Assembly (NCBI GenBank): GCA_002269645.1
Contig: NIVC01000102.1
Location: forward strand, 887,950 to 951,949
Length of the DNA stretch: 64,000 nt
Reading direction: 5' to 3'
Source of the DNA: Macrostomum lignano
Lineage: Eukaryota
Below are positions 32,549 through 46,924 of this stretch, piece by piece. The translations under genes and the position numbers were made by a program. A model generated the notes under the pieces. It worked only from the letters and a program-made list of their open reading frames with translations. It made no database searches and had not been told where the DNA came from. The number at the start of each line of letters is the position of its first letter. The first letter of the stretch is position 1.

Positions 32549-35500
32549 TCATTCGCAAGCCAGTTTGCTGTCAAACGAGGACAGAGCAATGCCAAAGGCT
32601 TGCAGAGGGCACAGCGGATAAGCAAAGTCCATGGTGAACAAGTCGTCTGATATTCGGCCGAACTGCATCACGATTTGGTCCACTGCGAATTTTAATGAGA
32701 GGCTATTTGAGTTCAAAGATTGTAAATAAATTCTTGTGGTAAAAGTAAAGTTGCTTCATAAAAATGTCATAAATTTGCGTGTCGCAACTAAATTTGTCCA
32801 CTGTCTCATTTTTATGAAGGTCATTGAGTCTCTAAAACGGTCATTGGATTGATCATAAAGCTTTGATGAAGGTCATTGGGTTGGTCATTGAGATTCTATG
32901 AAGGTCATAAGGTTGGTCATTGAACCTCTATGAAGGTCATTGAATTGATCATAAAGCTTCTATGAAGGTCATTGGGTTGCTCATTCAGTCATGAACTTTA
33001 TTAGTTGGTCATAAGCTCATGAAGGTCATTATGGTTGGTCATAAACTCATAAAGGTCATTATAGTTGGTCATTAGCTCATGAAGGTCATTAGTTGGTCAT
33101 TAACTCATGAATGTCATTAACTCATGAATGTCATTAGTTGGTCATTAGCTCATAAAGGTCATTAGTTGGTCATTAACTCATGAATGTTATTAACTCATGA
33201 ATGTCATTAGTTGGTCATTAGCTCATGAAGGTCATTAGTTGGTCATTAACTCATGAATGTCATTAACTCATGAATGTCATTAGTTGGTCATTAGCTCATG
33301 AAGGTCATTAGTTGGTCATTAACTCATGAATGTCATTAACTCATGAATGTCATTAGTTGGTCATTAGCTCATGAAGGTCATTAGTTGGTCATTAGCTCAT
33401 GAAGGTCATTAGTTGGTCATTAACTCATGAATGTCATTAACTCATGAATGTCATTAGTTGGTCATTAGCTCATGAAGGTCATTATAGTTGGTCATTAACT
33501 CATGAATGTCATTAACTCATGAAATTCAATAGTTGGTCATTAGCTCATGAAGGTCATTATAGTTGGTCATTAGCTCATGAAGGTCATTATAGTTGGTCAT
33601 TAGCTCATGAAGGTCATTAGTTGGTCAATAACTCAAAGGTCATTAGCTGGTTACCCAAATGGACTCACCATCGTTGTCGCGAACGATTTGAAAATTTTTA
33701 ACCGACGCTTGAGTCACCCGACCATGAAAGTTGAGCACATAGGACTGGGTCTCTGTAAAGGTTCATACGACAATACAATCAGACTGGGCATTGTGATTCA
33801 AGGCTTGAAATTGAGTCTGCAGGTTAACTTAACTGCGACAAAGCACTCAATCATTTCAAAAATGGATGCATCCGATTACTATAATAAAGTATGATAGTTC
33901 TTGTATGTTCCACCCGAAGGCATTATAAATCATATTTATTTAATAAGCTTAAGCTTATACAATGAATGGGAGTATACATGTACTGGGCATAGGGTGTAAT
34001 AAAACTGTAGAGGGTATAATTTATCAACTTTTGAATAGCTACAGAGATGCGGAAGAAAGCGTTAGACTTGGATCTTGATAAATACATGAAGCAAAGTTAA
34101 AGAGCTTTAACTGTCTCAACTGAAAGTGTCCACTGTCTCAACTGAAAGTGTCCACTGTCTCAACTGAATGTGTCCTCACTGTCTCAACTGAATGTGTCCA
34201 CTGTCTCAACTGAAAGTGTCCACTGTCTCAACTGAATGTGTCCTCACTGTCTCAACTGAATGTGTCCACTGTCTCAACTGAAAGTGTCCACTGTCTCAAC
34301 TGAATGTGTCCTCACTGTCTCAACTGAATGTGTCCACTGTCTCAATTGAATGTGTCCACTGTCTCAACTGAATGTGCCCACTGTCTCAACTGAATGTGTC
34401 CTCACTGTCTCAACTGAAAGTGTCCACTGTCTCAACTGAAAGTGTCCACTGTCTCAACTGAAAGTGTCCACTGTCTCAACTGAATGTGTCCACTGTCTCA
34501 ACTGAATGTGTCCTCACTGTCTCAACTGAATGTGTCCTCACTGTCTCAACTGAATGTGTCCTCACTGTCTCAATTGAATGTGTCCACTGTCTCAACTGAA
34601 TGTGTCCTCACTGTCTCAACTGAATGTGTCCACTGTCTCAACTGAATGTGTCCTCACTGTCTCAACTGAATGTGTCCTCACTGTCTCAACTGAATGTGTC
34701 CTCACTGTCTCAACTGAATGTGTCCTCACTGTCTCAACTGAATGTGTCCTCACTGTCTCAATTGAATGTGTCCACTGTCTCAAGTGAATGTGTCCTCACT
34801 GTCTCAATTAAATGTGTACACTGTCTCAATTAAATGTGTCCACTGTCTCAATTAAATGTGTCCACTGTCTCAATTAAATGTGTCCACTGTCTCAATTGAA
34901 TGTGTCCTCACTGTCTCAATTGAATGTGTCCTCACTGTCTCAATTGAATGTGTCCACTGTCTCAATTGAATGTGTCCACTGTCTCAATTGAATGTGTCCA
35001 CTGTCTCAATTGAATGTGTCCACTGTCTCAATTAAATGTGTCCACTGTCTCAATTGAATGTGTCCTCACTGTCTCAATTGAATGTGTCCACTGTCTCAAT
35101 TGAATGTGTCCACTGTCTCAATTGAATGTGTCCACTGTCTCAATTAAATGTGTCCACTGTCTCAATTGAATGTGTCCTCACTGTCTCAATTGAATGTGTC
35201 CACTGTCTCAATTGAATGTGTCCACTGTCTCAATTGAATGTGTCCACTGTCTCAATTGAATGTGTCCACTGTCTCAATTGAATGTGTCCTCACTGTCTCA
35301 ACTGAATGTGTCCTCACTGTCTCAACTGAATGTGTCCTCACTGTCTCAACTGAATGTGTCCTCACTGTCTCAACTGAATGTGTCCTCACTGTCTCAATTG
35401 AATGTGTCCACTGTCTCAAGTGAATGTGTCCTCACTGTCTCAATTAAATGTGTACACTGTCTCAATTAAATGTGTCCACTGTCTCAATTAAATGTGTCCA

Positions 35501-38500
35501 CTGTCTCAACTGAATGTGTCCTCACTGTCTCAACTGAATGTGTCCTCACTGTCTCAATTGAATGTGTCCACTGTCTCAATTGAATGTGTCCACTGTCTCA
35601 ATTGAATGTGTCCACTGTCTCAATTGAATGTGTCCACTGTCTCAATTGAATGTGTCCACTGTCTCAATTAAATGTGTCCACTGTCTCAATTGAATGTGTC
35701 CTCACTGTCTCAATTGAATGTGTCCACTGTCTCAATTGAATGTGTCCACTGTCTCAATTGAATGTGTCCACTGTCTCAATTAAATGTGTCCACTGTCTCA
35801 ATTGAATGTGTCCTCACTGTCTCAATTGAATGTGTCCACTGTCTCAATTGAATGTGTCCACTGTCTCAATTGAATGTGTCCACTGTCTCAATTGAATGTG
35901 TCCACTGTCTCAATTGAATGTGTCCACTGTCTCAATTGAATGTGTCCACTGTCTCAATTGAATGTGTCCACTGTCTCAATTGAATGTGTCCACTGTCTCA
36001 ATTGAATGTGTCCTCACTGTCTCAATTGAATGTGTCCACTGTCTCAATTGAATGTGTCCACTGTCTCAATTGAATGTGTCCACTGTCTCAATTAAATGTG
36101 TCCACTGTCTCAATTGAATGTGTCCTCACTGTCTCAATTGAATGTGTCCTCACTGTCTCAATTGAATGTGTCCACTGTCTCAATTGAATGTGTCCACTGT
36201 CTCAATTAAATGTGTCCACTGTCTCAATTGAATGTGTCCTCACTGTCTCAATTGAATGTGTCCACTGTCTCAATTGAATGTGTCCACTGTCTCAATTGAA
36301 TGTGTCCACTGTCTCAATTGAATGTGTCCACTGTCTCAATTGAATGTGTCCACTGTCTCAATTGAATGTGTCCTCACTGTCTCAATTGAATGTTTCCACT
36401 GTCTCAATTGAATGTGTCCACTGTCTCAATTGAATGTGTCCACTGTCTCAATTAAATGTGTCCACTGTCTCAAGTGAATGTGTCCTCACTGTCTCAATTG
36501 AATGTGTCCACTGTCTCAATTGAATGTGTCCACTGTCTCAATTGAATGTGTCCACTGTCTCAATTAAATGTGTCCACTGTCTCAATTGAATGTGTCCTCA
36601 CTGTCTCAATTGAATGTGTCCACTGTCTCAATTGAATGTGTCCACTGTCTCAATTGAATGTGTCCACTGTCTCAATTGAATGTGTCCACTGTCTCAATTG
36701 AATGTGTCCACTGTCTCAATTGAATGTGTCCTCACTGTCTCAATTGAATGTGTCCACTGTCTCAATTGAATGTGTCCACTGTCTCAATTAAATGTGCCCA
36801 CTGTCTCAATTGAATGTGTCCTCACTGTCTCAATTGAATGTGTCCACTGTCTCAATTGAATGTGTCCACTGTCTCAATTAAATGTGTCCACTGTCTCAAT
36901 TAAATGTGTCCACTGTCTCAATTAAATGTGTCCACTGTCTCAATTAAATGTGTCCACTGTCTCAATTAAATGTGTCCACTGTCTCAATTAAATGTGTCCA
37001 CTGTCTCAATTAAATGTGTCCACTGTCTCAATTAAATGTGCCCACTGTCTCAGCCATCACTTTAGCCACCCACGGGAAATTTGCAGCAAAAAAATTATTT
37101 CCAAAAGAATAATTCAGTCAGGTCAGTCAAAGATTTGCGATAAACATTAATCCATAGCACACCCAGGATCAGGCGGCCCCGCCCCCGTCAGTCTCCAGAC
37201 ACACTCAACTCTGCCCATAACGACCCCGAAGCTTAGGTTAGGGAGCTAAACTTCGCATGAGCGAGCAGAGAGAGAGAGAAAATTCTCGAAACTCGCTCAA
37301 ATCCTCTAAGCAGGCAAATTTATTCAAATCTCATTTCGCACAGATAATACAGTAATACGGCAATATATGTATAGATATAATATTTATAAGCCATGCATAA
37401 TGCTGATGCAAAATAGTTGCTTCTGTGTGATTGGCTGCTGAAATTATGAGATAAAATAAAAAGCCAGCTAACGAGATTGCACATACTCACTGAATCACAA
37501 AACCTCAAGAAATCCCAACAATCAGTTCTAGATCCCAACAATCAGTCCCAAATCCCAACAATCAGTTCTAGATCCCAACAATCAGTCCCAGATCCCAACA
37601 ACCAGTCCCAAATCCCAACAATCAGTTCTAGATCCCAACAATCAGTCCCAGATCCCAACAATCAGTCCCAAATCCCAACAACCAGTCCCAAATCCCAACA
37701 ATCAGTTCTAGATCCCAACAATCAGTCCCAGATCCCAACAAGCAGTCCCAAATCCCAACAACCAGTCCCAAATCCCAACAATCAGTTCTAGATCCTAACA
37801 ATCAGTCCCAGATCCCAACAAGCAGTCCCAGATCTCAACAGTTAGTCCCAGATCCCAATAGTTAGTCCCAGATCCCAATAGTCAGTCCCAGATTTCAACA
37901 GTTAGTCCCAGATCTCAACAGTTAGTCCCAGATCTCAACAGTTAGTCCCAGATCTCAACAGTTAGTCCCAGATCCCAACAGTTAGTCCCAGACCCCAATA
38001 GTCAGTCCCAGATCCCAACAATCAGTCCCAGATCCCAATAGTCAGTCCCAGATCCCAGCAACTCACCCTCATTCCAAACCGGAGTTCGGTTATGCAGCTC
38101 CATCAGATGCGACATCTCCCTCCGTTTCAGCCTCTCAACCAGCCCCTCCTCCTCAGAATTCGGTCTGATGTCCACCCTGACGCAGTCACCCTCCTCAGCC
38201 TCCAACATCGCTGGCAGGACCACAGTCATTTTCCTGGGGCCGCGAAATCCCAGCACGTTAGTCTCGTAGGTGATCCCAGCCAGCTCCCTCCTACCAGCCT
38301 CCGGTGACTTGGCCGCAGTGAGCTTCTTCGGCGACAATCCTGAATCAAACACGGTGAACGCTGTCCCAAGAAAATTTGCTCTCAACTTTCCAACGTAGCC
38401 CTCGCCGCGTCGACTTAAATCGGTGGGATCGCAGGAGATCAAGTAGTTTGATGTTGACGAACGTTTGCGCTTTCTGGCAGCCAGCAAGAAGCTTCGTTTG

Positions 38501-41500
38501 CCATCGTCGCGTTCCAGATGCAGATAGTAGGTCGGGTAGCGGGACCCGTCCATGCCGCGGGAGTGTCGGCTGATGCGACACTTCAGCGATCCGGCCGCGT
38601 CTCTGCCCGCTGGTTGAAGGGCGAAGTCGCCCAGATCCGGGATGTCGGTCTGGTGAAAAGGCTGAAGCCGTAGCGACTGCGGGTTGGTGGGCAGATAGGG
38701 GGAGGTTTGTTTGAAGTTTGAGCACTGCATTGGAATCTGTGCTGTAAGAGTGTGCGGCTGAGTCTGTTTTTATTGCTGACTGGCAAAATTACTGCTCAGA
38801 AGTTTTTCTGACCGCTTTTAAAAATTTCTATATACTTTTCTTATCTGCGTCTGTCTACTGCAATCGTTCTCTTCTCTTGTTATCTACCTACATTCTCGTT
38901 TCTACCCCTCCTCTCTATCTACCCCTCCTCTCTATCTACCCCTCCTCTCTATCTACCCCTCCTCTCTATCTACCCCTCCTCTCTATCTACCCCTCCTCTC
39001 TATCTACCCCTCCTCTCTATCTACCCCTCCTCTCTATCTACCCCTCCTCCTCTCTATCTACCCCTCCTCTCTATCTATCCCTCCTCTCTATCTACCCCTC
39101 CTCTCTCTATCTACCCCTCCTCTCTATCTACCCCTCCTCTCTATCTACCCCTCCTCTCTCTATCTATCCCTCCTCTCTATCTACCCCTCCTCTCTCTATC
39201 TACCCCTCCTCCTCTCTATCTACCCCTCCTCCTCTCTATCTACCCCTCCTCCTCTCTATCTACCCCTCCTCCTCTCTATCTACCCCTCCTTGCCTATCTA
39301 CCCCTCCTCTCTATCTACCCCTCCTCTCTCTATCTACCCCTCCTCTCTCTATCTACCCCTCCTCTCTATCTACCCCTCCTCTCTATCTATCCCTCCTCTC
39401 TATCTACCCCTCCTCTCTCTATCTACCCCTCCTCTCTCTATCTACCCCTCCTCTCTATCTACCCCTCCTCTCTATCTACTTCTCGTCTCTATCTACCCCT
39501 CCTCCTCTCTATCTACCCCTCCTCTCTATCTACCCCTCCTCTCTATCTACCCCTCCTCTCTATCTACCCCTCCTCCTCTCTATCTACCCCTCCTCTCTCT
39601 ATCTACCCCTCCTCTCTCTATCTACCCCTCCTCCTCTCTATCTACCCCTCCTCTCTATCTACCCCTCCTCTCTATCTATCCCTCCTCTCTATCTACCCCT
39701 CCTCTCTATCTACCCCTCCTCTCTATCTACTCCTCCTCTCTATCTACCCCTCGTCTCTATCTACCCCTCCTCTCTATCTACCCCTCCTCTCTATCTACCC
39801 CTCCTCTCTATCTACCCCTCCTCTCTATCTACCCCTCCTCCTCTCTATCTACCCTCCTCCTCTCTATCTACCCCTCCTCCTCTCTATCTACCCCTCCTCC
39901 TCTCTATCTACCCTCCTCCTCTCTATCTACCCCTCTCCTCTCTATCTACCCCTCCTCCTCTCTATCTACCCCTCCTCCTCTCTATCTACCCCTCTCCTCT
40001 CTATCTACCCCTCCTCCTCTCTATCTACCCCTCCTCCTCTCTATCTACCCCTCCTCCTCTCTATCTACCCTCCTCCTCTCTATCTACCCCTCCTCCTCTC
40101 TATCTACCCCTCCTCCTCTCTATCTACCCCTCCTCCTCTCTATCTACCCCTCCTCCTCTCTATCTACCCCTCTCCTCTCTATCTACCCCTCCTCCTCTCT
40201 ATCTACCCCTCCTCCTCTCTATCTACCCCTCCTCCTCTCTATCTACCCTCCTCCTCTCTATCTACCCCTCCTCCTCTCTATCTACCCTCCTCCTCTCTAT
40301 CTACCCCTCCTCTCTATCTACCCCTCCCCTCTCTATCGCTCTTCTCTCTCAATCTAACCCTCTCCTCTCTCTCTTTATCTACCTTTCTTATCTCTATCTA
40401 GGCCTCTCTTCTTTCTCTAGCTACCTCTTTTATCTAACTATCTACCTTTCTATCTACTTAATCAGTAGTTATCCGTCCCACTTTTTCCGCTCAATCGCAG
40501 GACCAAGAAAAGATGTTAGATTTCAGTTAACATATCTAGCTAGTCTCTGCAGCAGTCTCTCACACTCAAGCCAGTACTGCAGTGCCTTCACAGCTGCCAC
40601 CAGCATCAAGCAGGCAAACAGTTAGCAAACAGAAGATAGAGAAAAAATATTAGGTACAAAGTATGCCACCAATTAAGGTTGATCAAGTTAAGCTGTAAAC
40701 ATAATCTACAAATGTTAAGCCTTCATAGTGATAAATTTTGAAAATTTCATTTCCTATAGCTTATTAAGATAAGTCGTTGAATTAGATTGTACTTATTTAC
40801 CTCTTTATATAATGTATACAAAATAGTTAGAATTTGTTAGAATGTTAGGGAACGCAAAGTAAGTGAAGTAATATGAGAACTAAATTAGAAAATTTTGATT
40901 ATAAACAACATCAGGGGCGTCGCCACCAAGGGGGGGGGGAGACAGGGGGCACATCTGCCACCAGCCCCCCAGTAAAAGCTATGGGGGGGACATGGCAATG
41001 CTTTGTTCCCCCCCACTTCACCTTATGACCCGTTGTGTAAAGCAATAATTTTGTTTCAGGGCGCTAAAATGAGTGCCTGCGGCGCTAAAATGAGTGCCTG
41101 CGGCGCTAAAATGAGTGCCTGCGGCGCTAAAATGACTGCCTGCGACGCTAAAATGAGTTCCTGCGGCGCTAAAATGAGTGCCTGCGGCGCTAAAATGAGT
41201 GCCTGCGGCGCTAAAATGAGTGCCTGCGGCGCTAAAATGACTGCCTGCGACGCTAAAATGAGTTCCTGCGGCGCTAAAATGAGTGCCTGCGGCGCTAAAA
41301 TGAGTGCCTGCGGCGCTAAAATGAGTGCCTCTTGCGCTAAAATGACTGCCTGCGGCGCTTAAATGAGTGCCTCTTGCGCTAAATTGACTGCCTGCGGCGC
41401 TAAAATGACTGCCTGCGGCGCTAAAATGAGTGCCTGCGGCGCTAAAATGAGTGCCTGCGGCGCTAAAATGAGTGCCTGCGGCGCTTAAATGAGTGCCGGC

Positions 41501-44500
41501 GGCGCTAAAATGAGTGCCTGCGGCGCTAAAATGACTGCCTGCGGCGCTAAAAATGAGTGCCTGTGGCGCTAAACTGAGTGTCTGCGGCGCTATAATGAGC
41601 GCTGACAACACCGATCTTAAAAAAATTTACATGTAGAAATTTAGTCATGTACATGTACATGTAAAATTCATTGCTTTGTCCCCCCACCATAAAATCCATG
41701 GCGACGACCCGGAACACCACTAAACTTGGGCTATTTTAGTTACTATATATAAAAATGAAAAGAAACTCCACGAAAGCAAAAGTTTCAAGTTAAAAAGTTA
41801 AACACGACACCTTATTTAGCGACGTGAGGGAAGCAGAAGGTAGTCTGTGTGCGCGATTAAAAAATCAGAGTAAAGTGACACAAAGACATCAACTAGGAAG
41901 AGACCTCAATATTGCTGGCATCGTTCACTACCGCTGAATCTTCATTGTGCAGCTCCAACAGCTGCTGGGAGCGGTTTTTTCTGCCGTGGTGGACGTCTTC
42001 AGCTTGCGGCGTCTCTTGTGAGCCAGCTTAGGTGCGGTTGCGCAGCTCATTGGGCGGCTGCTACTGCTGCTTTTGTTTTGCTTCCTTTAGCTGCTCCTGC
42101 TGCTCCCGGTGCTCATTCTGCTGTTCATTTTGCTGCTCCTGGTGCTCATTCTGCTGCTTTTGCCGATTTTGCTGCTCCTGATGCTTATTCTGCTGCTTTT
42201 GCTGCTTTTGCCGTTTTTGCTGCTCTGATGCTAATTCTGCTGCTTTTGCTGCTTTTGCCATTTTTGCTGCTCTGATGCTCATTCTGCTGCTTTGCTACTT
42301 TTGCCATTTTTGCTGCTCCTGATGCTCAGTCTGCTGCTTTTGCCGTTTTTGCTGCTTTTGATGCTCATTCTGCTGCTTTGCTGCGTTTGCCGTTTTTGCT
42401 GCTTCTGGTGCTCGTTCTGCTGCTTTGCTGCTTTTGCCGTTTTTGCTGCTTCTGGTGCTCATTCTGGTGCTTTTGCTGCTTCTGGTGCTCATTCTGCTGC
42501 TTTTGCTGCTCCTGGTGCTCATTCTGCTGCTTTTGCTGCTTTTGTTGTTTTTGCTGCTCTGATGCTCATTCTGCTGCTTTGCTGCTTCTGCCATTTTTTG
42601 CCACCTACCTCTCTTCTATAACTATATACCTCTCTTATCTCTTATCTACCTCTCTTCTTCCTGCTCATTCTCTTTCATTCTACCTCTCTTCTCTTTCGCC
42701 CAAAAATGCTTAAAATTTAGTTGATATATTTATTTTGCTGCTCCTACCGCCCATTCTGCTGCTTTTAGTGCTGGTTGTGCTGCTTCTGCTGCTGCTCTTG
42801 CTGCTTTTGCTTCTGCTGTTCATTTTGTTGCTCATTCTGCTGCTCTTGCTGCTTTTGCTTCTGCTGTTCATTTTGTTGCTCATTCTGCTGCTCTTGCTGC
42901 TTCTGCTGCTCATTTAGTTGCTCTTGCTGCTTCTGCTGCTTATTCTGCTGCTCTTGCTGCTTCTGCTGCTCATTCTGCTGCTCATTCAGTTGCTCTTGCT
43001 GCTTCTGATGCTCATTCTGCTGCTCTTTTTGCTCATTTTGCTGCTTCAGCTGCTCTTGCTGCTTCTGCTGCTCTTGCTGTTTCTGCTGCTCTTGCTGTTT
43101 CTGCTGCTCATTCGGTTGCTTTTGCTGCTTCTGCTGCTCATTCGGTTGCTTTTGCTGCTTCTGCTGCTCATTCTGCTGCTCATTCAGTTGCTCTTGCTGC
43201 TTCTGCTGCTCATTCTGCTGCTCTTGTTGCTCATTTTGCTGCTTCTGCTGCTCTTGTTGCTCATTTTGCTGCTTCTGCTGCTCTTGTTGCTCATTTTGCT
43301 GCTTCTGCTGCTCTTGTTGCTCATTTTGCTGCTTCTGCTGCTCTTGTTGCTCATTTTTCTGCTTCTGCTGCTCTTGTTGCTCATTTTGCTGCTTCTGCTG
43401 CTCTTGTTGCTCATTTTGCTGCTTCTGCTGCTCTTGTTGCTCATTTTGCTGCTTCTGCTGCTCTTGTTGCTCATTTTGCTGCTTCTGCTGCTCATTTTGT
43501 CGCTCATTCTGCTGCTTCTGCTGCTCATTTTGTCGCTCATTCTGCTGCTCATGCTGCTTCTGCTGCTCTTGCTGCTCACTCTGCTGATCCCGCTGCTGCA
43601 CAACAATCCATTTTGTCTTGCCTGGCACTCTATTTTCAGCATTCACCTCCAGCAACTGCTGCTCGCGCAGAAAATCCGCACGGGTGGAAGTTTTTAACTT
43701 GCAGCGTCTCATGTGCGCCATCTTGGCCAGATTGCCCGACTCACTCACCGGCATTCTGCTCTGCCGCACCGATGACTGCTCATGCTTTAAAGTTTTGTAA
43801 GAAATGAAAGTCTGTTTATGAAGTGTTCCGTTTATTGAATTCATTGACTAAGATGGTTCGTACGCTAATTGAATCACAACATTGACCTCAAAATTTACTG
43901 GTACCCCTGACCCACTACACCCGACCCTGACCCACTACACCCGACCCTGACCCACTAGACCCGACCCTGACCCACTACACCCGACCTTGACCCCCTACAC
44001 CCGACCCTGACCCACTACACCCGACCCTGACCCACTACACCCGACCCTGACCCACTACACCCGACCCTGACCCACTACACCCAACGCTGACTTACTACAC
44101 CCGACCCTGACCCAGTAGACCCGACTCTGACCCACTAGACCCGACCCTGTCCCACTACACCCGACCCTGTCCCACTACACCCGACCCTGTCCCACTACAC
44201 CCGACCCTGACCCACTACACCCGACCCTGACCCACTACACCCGACCCTGTCCCACTACACCCGACCCTGTCCCACTACACCCGACCCTGACCCACTACAC
44301 CCGACCCTGACCCACTAAACCCAACCCTGACCCACAATCAAGTAACTAACAAACTTAGCCAGTGAAATATTTACACGCAAGCATAAATCAATATAAACAC
44401 AAGAAGCACTAATAGAGGCTTTCAATCTAAATAAAGATTTTCAACTCCAATATAACAAAATACATTCATTTTTCACTATCGAAATTCTAGATAGTCATTC

Positions 44501-46340
44501 ATGCAGTCAAGCAGATAAAACAAGAGTTGCTACAAATGTTGAAACAAAAAACTATACTTTAAGCATACTATACATGCAATCTTAGATTCGGGCTTTGAAG
44601 TTTTGAATTGTGAAGATTCGAATTTGTGAATAGTCGAATTTGTGAATAGTTGAGTTTGTGAATAGTCAAATTTGTGAATAGTTGAGCTTGTGAATAGTCA
44701 AATTCGTGAATAGTCGACTTTGTGAATAGTCGAATTTGTGAATAGTCGAATTTGTGAATAGTCAAGTTTGTGAATAGTCTAATTTGTGAATATTCATATT
44801 TGTGAATAGTCAAGTTTGTGAATAGTCAAGTTTGTGAATAGTCGAGTTTTTGAAGAGTCGAGTTTGTGAATATTTAAGTTTTCATATTTGAGGTTGTGAA
44901 TAATCTAATTAGTGAATATTCGAATTTATGGACTTTCAAGTTTGTGTGAAGATTCGAGCTTTGCATAATGCCCCTACCGGAGTACACAGACAGGCAATTA
45001 TTAAAGTGAGCTCACACTTCTCGGAGTTCCATTCGCACTGCTAGCATTTGAGCTGCTGAGCATTCGATGCTGCGGACTGTTAAAGTTGCTGTCAGCACCG
45101 CTAAGTGCTGGCTTGTTGATGACGCTGTTTGAGCAGGAAGCTGCATTAGGGCTGGTGGAAAGCTCCAGTGAGCTCATTTTCGCTGCCACGGCTTCCAGTT
45201 GGTGCGTTGGCGATGGACCGTCAGGATTTTGAAATGCTTGGGGACCGTCGTAGGCTGGAAGGCGATAATGGGGATTTGGGAAGTTTAGTTTTCTGATTGC
45301 GTAATCACTGCTGATGGCTCGGATAGGAAATTGGGATCAGGGAGATTTAATTAAAGAGGATATTGGGAATGAGGGAGACTGTGTTGAAGTGGTGAGGAAA
45401 GGGGAGTAGAGAGATAAGGAAAGGTGAGTAAAGAGATGGGAAAAGCGATTAGAGAGATGGAGAAAGGCGATTAGAGAGATGGGGAAAGGGGATTAGAAAG
45501 ATAGGAAAGGGGATTAGAGAGATGGGGAAAGGGGATTAGAGAGATGGGGAAAGGGGAAGAGATTAGAGAGATGGTAAACGGGTTTATGAAGATGAAGAAA
45601 GGGGAATAGAGAGATAGGGAAAGGAGATTAGAGCGATAAAGAAAGGGGAAGGAATTAGAGAGGTGGGGAAACGGGTTTTGAAGATGGAGAAAGGGGATTA
45701 GAGAGATGGGGAAGGGGACTAGAGGGAAGGGGAAGGGAATTAGAAGGATTAGGTAAGGGGATTAGAGAGATGGATGGAAAAGAAATGAGGGATAAGGGAC
45801 ATCGAATATGGGATTTGGGATATCAAACAGGAGATTAGGGATATCGAATAGAGGATTAGGTATGTCGAATAGGGGATTAAAGATATCTAAAAGGGGATTA
45901 GAGAAACCTAATGGATAGATTAGCAATCCACTATGATTACTAGTAGGATGATTATATAAGCGATAGATTAGCAATCCATTCTAATTATTAGTAGGATTAT
46001 TATTATATATAATTCCTAGATAAGGCCTAGGAAGATTACAGCAACAAGATAGTGAACTAAAGACAGGAGAAGAAAAATGGTAATTGGAGTAAAACAACAA
46101 ATTCTCACCAAAGTGGCAAGCCCGCTCTCCAGCATTCAGGCCCAGAATCGGCAATAGCAGAGGCGACCTTTCGTTCTCTTTGCCAGCCGTGGCGCTGCCG
46201 GGGCGCGAGCCCTGCATGCTGGCAGCGGAGCTGTTGCGCTGAACAATTGCTGTAGACATTGCGATACGTTTCTGTGCTTTCTGCTGGGCCAGGTCGAGCT
46301 GACGCTGATTGAGCTGCTGCCTCAGCTGGGGGTCTGACAT
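32549..46340 (-). CDS. tub: Tubby/TULP family protein, at least 5 exons
   Basis: Exons 46340(or further 5')-46109, 45254-45016, 38676-38067, 33752-33669 and 32682-32549 join in phase. N-terminal [19 protein letters not shown]. Tubby domain [70 protein letters not shown], and the canonical end [17 protein letters not shown]. Confidence 0.93.
32805..33650. repeat. Degenerate minisatellite (TCATGAAGGTCATTAGTTGGTCATTAGC)
   Basis: Read directly; tubby intron. Confidence 0.9.
34108..37052. repeat. 22/24-bp satellite, ~2.9 kb (CACTGTCTCAATTGAATGTGTC[CT])
   Basis: More than 120 tandem copies in a tubby intron. Confidence 0.97.
37512..38058. repeat. 20-bp minisatellite (CAGTCCCAGATCCCAACAAT)
   Basis: Read directly; abuts the tubby splice donor. 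Confidence 0.95.
38895..40330. repeat. Pyrimidine-rich ~17-20-bp satellite (TCTATCTACCCCTCCTC)
   Basis: Read directly. Confidence 0.95.
40912..41712. mobile_element. hAT-like MITE carrying an internal 21-bp tandem array
   Basis: TIRs CAGGGGCGTCGCCA and TGGCGACGACCCGG (2 mismatches). Degenerate 8-bp TSD AACAACAT / AACACCAC. Array GGCGCTAAAATGAGTGCCTGC at ~41060-41590. Confidence 0.75.
42060..43580. repeat. CTG/CAG-rich triplet-based low-complexity region (Gln-rich on minus strand)
   Basis: Read directly. Confidence 0.9.
43905..44335. repeat. 20-bp minisatellite (CCGACCCTGACCCACTACAC)
   Basis: About 21 copies. Confidence 0.95.
44600..44960. repeat. 16-bp tandem repeat (AATTTGTGAATAGTCG)
   Basis: Read directly. 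Confidence 0.9.
45400..45900. repeat. GA-rich degenerate tandem repeats in tubby intron
   Basis: Recurring GGGGATTAGAGAGAT-like units. Confidence 0.8.
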
Positions 46341-46924
46341 GTCACTGATCTGGGATTTGCTACTGCTGGGCAGCTCAGGAGTTCGGATTTGAGGGAGTGG
46401 ATTGCTAATCTATTGCTTATAATAATAATCCTACTAATAGTTAGAATGGATTGCTAATCTATCGCTTATAATAATAATTTTAGTAATAATTAGAATGGAT
46501 AGCTAATCTGACCCAGTCGAACCAGACTCATCAAATATCTTATCAAAACAAAAAAGCAATCAGGAGAAACTGCTTCTCCAATAACGAGTACAGATTTTAA
46601 TTACCAGATACAAAGGTAAGATTATAAAAAGGCTGCATCTAAATCTGGGTGATTATATTATAAATACTACAGAGACTAAAGGCAGTACAATGAGATTTGC
46701 TAGATAAATTCACAAGGACAAAAGGCCTCAATTGATGAATTTAAATCTTGTCAAAACAAGCTCTTCTTTTGAAACACTGAATTAAGGAATCGATTGAAGT
46801 TGAATAAGACTGCTGAATCGCTGAAATCTGAAATTGGTTTTGATAAAATCTTCAACAACTTCAATCCTGAATTCTGCCAATTGCGCCGACTCTCCAAGGA
46901 CTGGGGGGGTCGCCAGACACAGCC

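Noticed and set aside
38877-40625. 582-aa and 355-aa ORFs
   Set aside because: Translations of a stop-free CT-rich satellite within a tubby intron.
42918-43697. Poly-Leu ORF (+) suggesting a membrane protein
   Set aside because: Antisense reading of the CTG/CAG repeat.
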